Positions 46,145 to 57,321 of a DNA stretch of 64,000 nucleotides are shown here, one piece after another; positions within the stretch are counted from its first letter, which is position 1; each line of letters opens with the position of its first letter. The DNA is from a bacterium (GTDB lineage: Bacteria > Patescibacteriota > Dojkabacteria > SC72 > WJKH01), in assembly GCA_029547225.1 (NCBI GenBank), contig JAKPPS010000056.1:25356-89355 (forward strand), written 5' to 3'. The position numbers and the translations under genes were made by a program. Below the pieces are notes generated by a model. That model was not told the origin of the DNA. It was given only the letters and a program-made list of their open reading frames with translations, and did no database searches.

Positions 46145-49100
46145 CTACCCCTTAAGTAATCTAGAAATCTCTTCAGGATGGACTGCATAAGCCATAGCTT
46201 TTTCCATAGTAATAAGATTTTCTCTAACCAGTGATACTAAAGCTGATTCTAACGAAATCATGCCAATATCTGAGCTTGTACCTATCACATTGTCCAACTG
46301 ATGGGTTTTACCTTCACGAATCAGGTTTCGTACAGCTGGATTTGCAATCATAATTTCACAGACGGCTTTACGACCACCCTTGTCCAATGGAATCAATCTC
46401 TGACCTATTATTGCTTCTACCACATTTGCAAGCTGAGCTCGAATTTGCGATTGTTGATTTTCTGGGAATACATCGATAATCCTATCAACCGTTTGAGAAG
46501 CACTATTAGTATGCAATGTTGCAAATACCAAATGGCCTGTTTCTGCCAAAGTTATCGCTGAAGAAATTGTCTCATAATCACGCATTTCTCCGACAAGTAT
46601 AACATTAGGATCTTCACGCAAAGCACTCTTTAGAGCTATCTGCCAAGAGTGAGTGTCATCTTGCACTTCTCTCTGAGATATCAAAGCTTTAGAAGGAGGG
46701 AAAACATATTCTATTGGATCTTCAATTGTAAGGATGTGACATTGTCTAGTTAGATTTACTTCTTGGATTATTGAAGCAAGTGTAGTACTTTTACCATGTC
46801 CAGTAGGTCCAGTTACTAAAACTAATCCCTGAGATAATTTTGTTAATTGATGGAATATTGGAGGTAAGCCTAATTCGTCTATCGTACGAATCTTCGAAGG
46901 TATCAATCTGAATGCTGCCGCCATTGTCTGTTGCTGAAAATATGCGTTGATCCTAAATCTCCCCATATCTTTGTATGCATATGCAAGATCAATTTCTCGA
47001 TTAACCTCGAGTCTGTCTCGTTTATCTTCGCTCAATACAGGCAAAACTAACTCAGCAATGTTTTCCTCAGTAATGATTTCATCTGATACAGGTACCAATG
47101 AGCCATCAAGCCTTATCATTGCAGGATAACCAACATTTACGTGGAGATCTGAGGCATTTCTCTCGATAACCATCGCAAGCAACTGTTCTATACTATATAT
47201 ATAATGTTTACTAGATTTAATTGGCTTATTTTCTTGAGTAATATTTGTATTAACCATTCCGTTTGAACCAGCTCCTAAGCCATTATCCGTATTTTGCTGT
47301 ACAGGCGATGAATTCTCAACAACCTGAGTAGATTGAATCGGTTGATTAGTGCTATCCGCTTGAGCACTAACTGCCTGATTATTAATTTCAGCTACAGTAC
47401 TATCTACTTTATTTGCTGATACATCACCAACACTATTAATGTCACTTGCCACGACTGTATTCGTATTTTCCACAGGAGTACCAGCAGTCAGATTTTCAAA
47501 TGGCAAATTAGTTACTTGAACATTTGGATCTACAGTTGGACTCGCTTCCACCGTCGGACTTATTGAAGGTGGTGCCACAGCAGTATCCCCTGAGACACTA
47601 GCTGTAACAGTATTTACTGGATCCGATTGACTAACAGCACTTGCTCCTTGGACTGCATTATCCTGACTGGTAGCACTTACTACTTTCGTCGGATCAACAA
47701 AATCTGCAACTGGAGTCACAGTTGGAGCGATAACAGGTGTACTAACCGCTCCAGTGCTCGTTAGTGAAGTACTCATATTATTATCCATAATTTTTTCTCC
47801 TAATTTATCTAATTTATTATTTTGAATGCTTTGTGCAAATTCATTATATTCTTCAACAGGTTTTGTAACAGGCTGCTGACTCTCTGTTGAAGCAATCGTT
47901 TCTTTTTTTTCAATCACTGGCATACCTGGGATTGAGGACAAGGGCAAATCTGATGTTGTCGCATTATCTGATTGTTCTTCAATGCTTGTTTTAGTATCTG
48001 AGTGATCTTCCTTTTCGGCCTGTGTATTAATATCTATCTTACCATCAGAAGTATTATCCTCTTCAACAATATCTAATTCAGGTAATTGTATTTTTGTATC
48101 ATTCTTCTTTTCTGCAACTTCAGCCTTATCAGCATTATTTTTATCATCGCTTTGGGGTAATTCTTCCGCCTTCTCTTCGTCAGCTGTACCTTCAACTGTA
48201 AAGAATTGATCTCTAAGTTTTGCAAGTCTCTGTGCGAATTTCGACTGCTTCTTTTTCTTCTCTTTCTTATCGTTATCATCACTTAATTGAGTGCTATTTC
48301 CATCATCAGAAACAGTAATGTTTTGACTAACTTGCGAACTTATATTACTATTCCCAATACTAACACTATCCGCGTTTATTACATTGCTCGATTGAGTAGA
48401 AGCATTTACTGTAACCGTACTGGATGCAGGATCAGATAATTGCGATTGAGCTGAGATATCTGTTTTATCTTGAATACCTGTTTGGGTATCCTGTGCAATA
48501 CCGATATTGCGTGAAAGGGAGGGGGAAACGGTCTGTGAAACATTACTCTCGCTCGTCGATACTGGCTGTGAGGGCTGTGAAACATTGCTCTCACCTGTCG
48601 ATACCTGCTGTACGGACCGTGAAACATCTGGTAGATTCTCTGTCGAGATTACACTAGTCTGTGAAACAATATTATCTTGTCCTACCAAACCAACGTTTTC
48701 TTTCTTAATGTCCTTTTGTACGTTATCAGAGATCGCCGTTGTAAAATCTGGAGTTTGAGAAGGCGACTCAATTTCGTTTTCACCAGATTCAGACATTGTC
48801 GGCATACTAGCGTTTAATTTCGTTTGCTCGATCTTTTTACTTGCTAAGTCCATTATTTCAGATATTGTCTTATCATTATTAACAGCATTTTTTTGAGTTA
48901 TCGGCTTATTTTCATCTGACAAATCAGACTGTATTGTTGGTGAAATAGGCTGAGTCGGTGTGATTCCAATGGTAGGATTTATACTTGTTTGCGTATTCGA
49001 AACAGGAGATGCTTGCATAGATTGATCCACAACAGGAGATTGAGAGGATGAAGGAGTTGTCGTAGATACTTGAGCTACAGAAGGCGTTTGTGCAATTGGA

Positions 49101-49231
49101 ACTGACTGGTTATTCGTTACTGGCGGTACAGTTGAATTTACTTGAGTTGCAGTTGAAGATGAGTCAGTAGATACAGGATTAGTACCTGCAGGAGTTGCAC
49201 TAGGATATGTAAAATCTAAACTATTTCCCAT
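46145..49231 (-). CDS. pilT: PilT-type retraction ATPase fused to an N-terminal low-complexity extension of about 675 aa
   Basis: The C-terminal 350 aa carry Walker A GPTGHGKSTT, Walker B ILVGEMRD, His box GHLVFATLHT and the PilT-specific AVRNLIREGK. The N-terminal part is Ser/Thr/Val/Gln/Pro/Asn-rich, and the ORF stays open from 20 nt downstream of the pilB stop. Confidence 0.85.
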   Translation of the reverse strand: MGNSLDFTYPSATPAGTNPVSTDSSSTATQVNSTVPPVTNNQSVPIAQTPSVAQVSTTTPSSSQSPVVDQSMQASPVSNTQTSINPTIGITPTQPISPTIQSDLSDENKPITQKNAVNNDKTISEIMDLASKKIEQTKLNASMPTMSESGENEIESPSQTPDFTTAISDNVQKDIKKENVGLVGQDNIVSQTSVISTENLPDVSRSVQQVSTGESNVSQPSQPVSTSESNVSQTVSPSLSRNIGIAQDTQTGIQDKTDISAQSQLSDPASSTVTVNASTQSSNVINADSVSIGNSNISSQVSQNITVSDDGNSTQLSDDNDKKEKKKKQSKFAQRLAKLRDQFFTVEGTADEEKAEELPQSDDKNNADKAEVAEKKNDTKIQLPELDIVEEDNTSDGKIDINTQAEKEDHSDTKTSIEEQSDNATTSDLPLSSIPGMPVIEKKETIASTESQQPVTKPVEEYNEFAQSIQNNKLDKLGEKIMDNNMSTSLTSTGAVSTPVIAPTVTPVADFVDPTKVVSATSQDNAVQGASAVSQSDPVNTVTASVSGDTAVAPPSISPTVEASPTVDPNVQVTNLPFENLTAGTPVENTNTVVASDINSVGDVSANKVDSTVAEINNQAVSAQADSTNQPIQSTQVVENSSPVQQNTDNGLGAGSNGMVNTNITQENKPIKSSKHYIYSIEQLLAMVIERNASDLHVNVGYPAMIRLDGSLVPVSDEIITEENIAELVLPVLSEDKRDRLEVNREIDLAYAYKDMGRFRINAYFQQQTMAAAFRLIPSKIRTIDELGLPPIFHQLTKLSQGLVLVTGPTGHGKSTTLASIIQEVNLTRQCHILTIEDPIEYVFPPSKALISQREVQDDTHSWQIALKSALREDPNVILVGEMRDYETISSAITLAETGHLVFATLHTNSASQTVDRIIDVFPENQQSQIRAQLANVVEAIIGQRLIPLDKGGRKAVCEIMIANPAVRNLIREGKTHQLDNVIGTSSDIGMISLESALVSLVRENLITMEKAMAYAVHPEEISRLLKG
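48533..48700 (-). repeat. Four tandem 42-bp (14-codon) imperfect repeats inside the pilT extension
   Basis: ctgtgaaaca... recurs at 48533, 48575, 48617 and 48659. It encodes units like QQVSTGESNVSQPS / QPVSTSESNVSQTV on the minus strand. Confidence 0.75.
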
Positions 49232-49251
49232 TTAGGCAGCAATAAATTAAA

Positions 49252-51111
49252 TTAATCTTTCGATACTCTCATAACCTCTTCTATAGTAGTTACTCCCTCG
49301 AGAGCTTTCAAGTACCCATCTTGTTTCATTAGTATCATGCCATTTTTTACACCTTCATTTTCAATATCCGAAGCCGTACTATTATCCATCATCATCCTAC
49401 CCATTGATTCCGTTATCGACATGACTTCAAAAATACCAATACGACCGGAATATCCAGTTCCATTACATCTATCACAGCCCTTACCCTTATAGAGATACAA
49501 TATTTGTTTACCGTCTGGAGTTACTTCTGGGCATTTAACATCTGTAGAACCACTTGGACCATCAGTATTTACTGGAGCTCCTGCCATAACAGCACTACCT
49601 ACAGTGTTTCCAATTTTCGATTTTTCGGCCTTACAGAAATCCGTAGCGTATTTATAAATATCAAAATTCTGCAGATTAGAAAGCACCTTCTTTATATCCA
49701 TTATCTCCGCCTCAGTTGCAGGTATAGCTTCACGACAGTATGGACAAATACGTCTGGGCAATCTTTGTGCAACAACAAGACGCAATGTCGAAGCCAATAG
49801 ATACGGTTCAATACCCATATCTATAAGTCTCGGTACTGCCGTCGCCGCACTATTTGTGTGAAGAGTTGATAAAACTAGGTGTCCAGTCAAAGAAGCTTCT
49901 ACTGCAAGTTGAGCCGTCTCACGATCTCGAATCTCACCAACCATAACGATATTTGGATCTTGCCTCAATATTGAACGAAGTCCGGTAGCAAAAGTCAGAC
50001 CGACATCTGGATTTATCTGAACCTGATTCACACCTGGAACCCGTATTTCAACAGGATTTTCAAGGGTAATAATATTTACCTTTGGATCATTTAATTTTCC
50101 CAAAGTACCTGCTAAAGTACGAGTCTTACCACTACCAGTAGGGCCCGTAATTAATATGATGCCATTTGTAGCTCTTATCGAATCCATATATATTTTATAA
50201 CCATTACCTCGTAAACCAGATGTTTCAAGAGCTGGAACTTCATTTCCAGATTCGAGTATACGCATAACTATTTTTTCTCCATACACGGTCGGTAGAGTGG
50301 AAACACGAATATCAACCTTTCGATCTCCGGATTTTAAAGTAATCCTACCATCTTGAGGTATTCGCTTTTCATCAATTTTAAGATCAGCCATGATTTTGAT
50401 TCTAGATATAACCGAGCTTGTTAAATGTTTTGGTAATGCCAATTTCTCCGTCAGAATACCATGTATCCTAAGTCGTACTCGCAATTTACCCTCCATCGGT
50501 TCGATATGAATATCTGAAGCATTTGATTTGATTGCAAATTGAAAAATCGAATTTACAATCCTCGCAATAGGAGCATTCTGCAACGATACATCATCAAGTG
50601 AGCTTGCACTTGTACTATCTAATTCCGTTACTGGCCCTTCAATATCCTCAAGAGCTTCGCTAACCTCTGTAGAAATTACTTCACCAGATTTCCTCTCCAA
50701 AATTGCATTTACTGCTTTTTGAGTTGAAATATGAACCACCAGGCGCGAACCAAGAGGCAACATATGCTCGATTGCCTGAATAGCCTGGATATCAAATGGA
50801 TCTACCATCGCAATTTTAATTTCATTACCTTCCTGTGAAAAAGGTACAGCATTGTAGGTCTTCAAACTATCGACTTTAATTAAGCCGAATACTGTATCTG
50901 GAATATTAATATTTAATAAATCAGCATAAGGGATATTAAATAGCTCTGATTTTACCTGAGCAAGTACGATGTCATCAACAATACCCTGTGACAACAAGAG
51001 TTGTTCTTCGCCTTGACTTGACTTAATAAGATCTACGCGAAGTTTATCCGCGGTGATTTTATCAATTTTGCCTTGTTTTTCAAGAAAATCTATTATTTTT
51101 GTGTTTCCCAT
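49252..51111 (-). CDS. pilB: Type IV pilus assembly ATPase PilB (GspE family)
   Basis: N-terminal T2SSE_N-like domain, Walker A GPTGSGKT, MVGEIRD, GHLVLSTLHT, and a tetracysteine CPYC...CDRCNGTG interrupted by an insertion. Confidence 0.9.
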   Translation of the reverse strand: MGNTKIIDFLEKQGKIDKITADKLRVDLIKSSQGEEQLLLSQGIVDDIVLAQVKSELFNIPYADLLNINIPDTVFGLIKVDSLKTYNAVPFSQEGNEIKIAMVDPFDIQAIQAIEHMLPLGSRLVVHISTQKAVNAILERKSGEVISTEVSEALEDIEGPVTELDSTSASSLDDVSLQNAPIARIVNSIFQFAIKSNASDIHIEPMEGKLRVRLRIHGILTEKLALPKHLTSSVISRIKIMADLKIDEKRIPQDGRITLKSGDRKVDIRVSTLPTVYGEKIVMRILESGNEVPALETSGLRGNGYKIYMDSIRATNGIILITGPTGSGKTRTLAGTLGKLNDPKVNIITLENPVEIRVPGVNQVQINPDVGLTFATGLRSILRQDPNIVMVGEIRDRETAQLAVEASLTGHLVLSTLHTNSAATAVPRLIDMGIEPYLLASTLRLVVAQRLPRRICPYCREAIPATEAEIMDIKKVLSNLQNFDIYKYATDFCKAEKSKIGNTVGSAVMAGAPVNTDGPSGSTDVKCPEVTPDGKQILYLYKGKGCDRCNGTGYSGRIGIFEVMSITESMGRMMMDNSTASDIENEGVKNGMILMKQDGYLKALEGVTTIEEVMRVSKD

Positions 51112-51559
51112 GGGCAGTGGATGTAAAATGAAAACTACTACAGTTCTTTTAAGATATTATCACAAACTTTATTCAAAAGGAAACACTTTCCCCGACTTAT
51201 AGTGTAATTTTCGTGATAATATATTGTTTAGTAAGAAGAAGATGATTCTTTGACTACCATTTCTGTTTTTACCGAATTCTTTAATGGAATTATTACCGAA
51301 TTTAGGGCACTTTTTTCATGATTTTATTTCTGAATTTAATATATGTGTAGTATATCCTATTATGACAATCTAAAAAGGGGTTTTGAGCGACGCATTTCTG
51401 CCTTAAAACCTAATTCTTTTCATAATAGAATTGAAGAATCACTTAACAATCCAGCTTAAGTACATTGTGAGAAAAATTCGAAAAATGATGATACAATGAT
51501 TCCTGACACAAAAAAATCTTTTAGCAATCAAGTATAAAATATAAATATGATTCCTTAAT

Positions 51560-52618
51560 ATGACAATACTAATAATCGATTCAGTTAAAGAAAACCGAGA
51601 GCGATATCTTTTTAAATTGCTTAAGAGATATACACAAAGAAAATTTACCTCGCTCCAGGAAGCTATGATTTGTCCCGACATACACATACTAAGCAGCGCA
51701 AATGGCAACTCAATAAGCATTGAACAAGTCAATAAACTTAACAGTGAGATGATATATAAGCCTTTCGAATTAGCAGTACAAGTTGGAGTTATTATAGATA
51801 GTCAACTCCTTACGATTGAAGCTCAGAATGCTTTATTAAAATCACTCGAAGATCATAGCGACAAAACAATATATATCTTACTAGTCAATAATGAATTTAA
51901 TCTGCTGGAGACAATCGTATCGAGATGCAAAAAGTATTATGCTAACAGAAGAAAAAAAGGTAATAGGGATAATACACGTTTGCCCAAAGATTTAGAGAAT
52001 ATAAGTAGTCAAGAAGAGCCTTCAAAATCAATTAGAAACGACGAGATTAAAAGTATCAATAACCAGTACAATAGCTCAGAGTTCGTCGAGGATGAAGAGG
52101 AAACAGAGCAGAGAGCACAAATAAAAGCACTTAGCTTTGCACTTCTTTCGCAGAATCTACTTAAAAGTTTTCAAAGTATTATTCAAATAATAGATATTGA
52201 AAAAGAAGAAAAGGAGAAATTATTCATAAACGCAATACTATACAATTTGATGTCCAATTATAAAGCGATTTATGAAAGTATCGACAACTCTGACGAAATA
52301 AACGTGATAATTGAAAACATTGATAAAAAAATCGCTCGACTTGTTTTTCCAGCAGACACGCAAGATGAACAAGGCAGTTTGGCAAAACCATTTCAAGGCA
52401 AGCCAGAAGAAGAGAAAACAATTTTACATTTACTATGCAATGAAGTTACTAAACAAAAAATCTCTACACAAAATAGTGCTATTATGAACAGAATACGAGC
52501 AAGCATTGAAGCAATTGAGTTTGCTCGTAACCAAATTGAGGCGAGTACAAACAAGAAATTGGTACTTGAAAATATGATCTTAAAATTGCGCCGTTTAGCC
52601 GACTCAGATTTGAAATAA
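51560..52618 (+). CDS. holB: DNA polymerase III delta-prime-like clamp-loader subunit with a long C-terminal extension
   Basis: AQNALLKSLEDHSDKTIYILLVNN..LLETIVSRCKKY matches the NALLKtLEEP ... TIxSRC signature. There is no P-loop. Confidence 0.6.
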   Translation: MTILIIDSVKENRERYLFKLLKRYTQRKFTSLQEAMICPDIHILSSANGNSISIEQVNKLNSEMIYKPFELAVQVGVIIDSQLLTIEAQNALLKSLEDHSDKTIYILLVNNEFNLLETIVSRCKKYYANRRKKGNRDNTRLPKDLENISSQEEPSKSIRNDEIKSINNQYNSSEFVEDEEETEQRAQIKALSFALLSQNLLKSFQSIIQIIDIEKEEKEKLFINAILYNLMSNYKAIYESIDNSDEINVIIENIDKKIARLVFPADTQDEQGSLAKPFQGKPEEEKTILHLLCNEVTKQKISTQNSAIMNRIRASIEAIEFARNQIEASTNKKLVLENMILKLRRLADSDLK

Positions 52619-52666
52619 TCAATAAAACAAAGTAAAATATTATTAGCTAAATTAATACAATTTACT

Positions 52667-53773
52667 ATGAATTATCAAGAGCTAAAAGAGAAACTCAATT
52701 TAGAAAATATAAAGTATGCGGAGAACTACGAACTTGCACCCATGACAACATTAAAAATAGGTGGGCCCGCTAGATTATATATTGAATTAAACGACATACC
52801 TTCTGCTCAAAAAACCATAAAACTTGTAAGTGAAAGTGGTCTTCCGGTCTTCTTTTTGGGCGGTGGAAGTAATCTATTAATCGCTGATGAAGGTTTTGAC
52901 GGTATCGTAATTAAAAATAAAATTGAAGGTATTTCGATTTTAAATGATAGTGGAAATTCTAACGATTTAAAAGTTGATAATGTAGAGCAACAAGAAAAAG
53001 AGGAACAAAAAAAGCTTGAAGCAAGACTAATGCAAGTTGAGACGGATAAGTATTTATCATTTGATGCGCTCAACTATGATGAATCCGACAAAGAGCATAT
53101 CTATGTGAAAGTCTATAGTGGGACACTATTATCATATACAATCGATCAACTTATAAAAAATGGAATTACGGGTCTACAGTGGTTTGCAGGGATCCCCGGT
53201 ACTATTGGTGGAGCAGTATTTAATAATATCCATGGCGGTACTTATTATTTAAGTCAGTATCTCGCAGAAATAGAGATTATTGACAATAATGGAGATATTA
53301 AAGTATTGAAAGTCAATGATTTAGACTTAGATTATGATTATTCAAAACTTCAAGAAAGTAAGAGTTTCATTTTGAGTGCAAAACTCAAACTCTATAAGGG
53401 TGATAAGGAGAAAGCAAAAGATACGGCAATAAAATGGGCACAATCAAAAGTAAGAGTACAACCATATAATTCTGCCGGAAGTAGTTTTAAAAATATTACC
53501 AAAGAAGAGGCATTAAAAAACAATTTCTTAAGTAATGGATGGGGATACATCATTGAAAAAGAACTCGATCTTAAAGGATTTAAATATAATGGAGCTCAAA
53601 TCTCAACAAAACACGCTGCATTTGTTGAAAACTTAGGCTCAGCAAAAGCAGAAGATGTTCTTTATCTTTTTGATTTGATTTACGACAAGGCAAAAGAGAA
53701 ATATAACCTGACACCGAAATCGGAAATTTTCTTTCTTGGATTTCCTCTTGAGCGAATAAAGAAATTTCTTTAG
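52667..53773 (+). CDS. murB: UDP-N-acetylenolpyruvoylglucosamine reductase with an internal charged insertion
   Basis: MTTLKIGGPARLY, FFLGGGSNLLIADEGFDG, GIPGTIGGAVFNNIHGG, and the C-terminal GSSFKN block. Confidence 0.85.
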   Translation: MNYQELKEKLNLENIKYAENYELAPMTTLKIGGPARLYIELNDIPSAQKTIKLVSESGLPVFFLGGGSNLLIADEGFDGIVIKNKIEGISILNDSGNSNDLKVDNVEQQEKEEQKKLEARLMQVETDKYLSFDALNYDESDKEHIYVKVYSGTLLSYTIDQLIKNGITGLQWFAGIPGTIGGAVFNNIHGGTYYLSQYLAEIEIIDNNGDIKVLKVNDLDLDYDYSKLQESKSFILSAKLKLYKGDKEKAKDTAIKWAQSKVRVQPYNSAGSSFKNITKEEALKNNFLSNGWGYIIEKELDLKGFKYNGAQISTKHAAFVENLGSAKAEDVLYLFDLIYDKAKEKYNLTPKSEIFFLGFPLERIKKFL

Positions 53774-53892
53774 GTCTATTTGTGAAATTGATCACATAAC
53801 AATTACCTAAAGTTTCTATTACTTGGTTACATACAATTAGATATAATTTTCTAACAAAAAGCGTAATAAGACTTTGTAAACATTGATTTGAT

Positions 53893-53921
53893 TTGAATAA
53901 ATCTTAAAAACAAAGTACAAT
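53893..53921 (+). promoter_or_regulatory. Candidate sigma70-like promoter upstream of gyrB
   Basis: TTGAAT (53893-98), a 17-nt spacer, then TACAAT (53916-21). This would give a leader of about 160 nt. Confidence 0.35.
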
Positions 53922-54073
53922 ATCACTTGCTAGAAATATGATACCAGAGAAACACTGTATAATAGCTAATTTCTCTAAAGTTTCACATCAGGTTTCGCAA
54001 GCATATTAATATTTAATTGGACGTAGTATCAAGCACTCGTAACAATTATTACAAATAAAAATATATAAGATAA

Positions 54074-56185
<2,112 letters not shown>

Positions 56186-57280
56186 ATGCTTTGCCAATAC
56201 CCGCAAGAGGCGGTAAACAAATATTACCAAGATATACAATCTCCGATGTATATCGGGATTGATGGCACATATCTTACAGAGCAAACACAAAATTTACTCA
56301 ATGAGGTAAGACCTGCAGGAGTAATTTTAGTATCGAGCAATATAAGTGACTTTGCGCAAACTAAATCACTCATAAAATCTATTAAAGATTATGGAAAAAA
56401 CTTAGGCATAGATATCAAAATCGCAACTGATGAAGAAGGGAGTTTAGTGGCAAGATTAAAAAGTCTACCAGAATATCCTACATATACCTCCCCGGGTATA
56501 TATGCACAATCATATTACCCCGTATGTGCTGATCAAATTGCCAACGAGATAATGCCTGACTGTCAATATGAAATGACTAAAGTTGAAACAATCAATCCGT
56601 ATAATCACAAGATATTGACAACTTATATACCTACAGGGGTATATCAAGAAGAGCTTGCCCATGCAGAGTTTATGCGTGAATTAGGTATAGATATAAACTT
56701 CGCTCCTGTGGCTGACATAGCATATGATCAAGATTCAATAATGATCAGTAGAGCTTTAGGATACGATGTTACACAAAGTAGTGTCAATGTAGGACAATAT
56801 GTTTCAGCCGAGAGAAGTGCAAGTATTATGACAACATTAAAACATTTTCCGGGACATGGGAGGACTAACTATGACACCCATTTCCAAATAGCACCAATAC
56901 ATCTTGATTATATAACTTGGCTTGAAACCGACGCTAAACCTTTTAACAAAGGGATAGAGAAGGGTAGTGAATATATAATGACAGGACATCTGATATACCC
57001 AGAGATAGATAACAATAGTGCTTCCGTTTCAGCAAAATGGATAAAAGAGATCCTAAGGAAAGATTTAGATTACAAAGGTTGGATAATTACTGATGATATA
57101 AAAATGCAAGGTATAACGAAATCAGATGGTTTTGTACAAGCAAGTACTGCTAATTGGGATAACAGATATTATCCTGATATGATAAAGCAATCTCTCAATG
57201 CCGGGAATAATTATGTTATTTTGATATTAAGCGAAAGTGATATGTTAGATGTCTGGCAAGTTACTCAATCCTTAATGTAA
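56186..57280 (+). CDS. Glycoside hydrolase family 3 (NagZ-like beta-N-acetylhexosaminidase)
   Basis: KHFPGHG motif, GWIITDDIKM Asp-nucleophile context, and an NFAPVADI block. The ATG directly abuts the gyrB stop (TAAATG). Confidence 0.7.
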   Translation: MLCQYPQEAVNKYYQDIQSPMYIGIDGTYLTEQTQNLLNEVRPAGVILVSSNISDFAQTKSLIKSIKDYGKNLGIDIKIATDEEGSLVARLKSLPEYPTYTSPGIYAQSYYPVCADQIANEIMPDCQYEMTKVETINPYNHKILTTYIPTGVYQEELAHAEFMRELGIDINFAPVADIAYDQDSIMISRALGYDVTQSSVNVGQYVSAERSASIMTTLKHFPGHGRTNYDTHFQIAPIHLDYITWLETDAKPFNKGIEKGSEYIMTGHLIYPEIDNNSASVSAKWIKEILRKDLDYKGWIITDDIKMQGITKSDGFVQASTANWDNRYYPDMIKQSLNAGNNYVILILSESDMLDVWQVTQSLM

Positions 57281-57321
57281 CAATATTTATTTTATCTAAT
57301 TTTCTTGATATACTAAACAAT

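Noticed and set aside
48406-48758. A periodic repeat region that might suggest a CRISPR-like array or a satellite.
   Set aside because: The 42-bp period is in frame within the pilT ORF, with no unique spacers between the repeats. It is a coding tandem repeat. No CRISPR array or cas gene is seen anywhere in the window.
51439-51732. A 97-aa minus-strand ORF spanning the pilB/holB-like intergenic region.
   Set aside because: It overlaps the start of the holB-like gene, and its translation is hydrophobic low-complexity with no motif. The region is better explained as a divergent promoter region.
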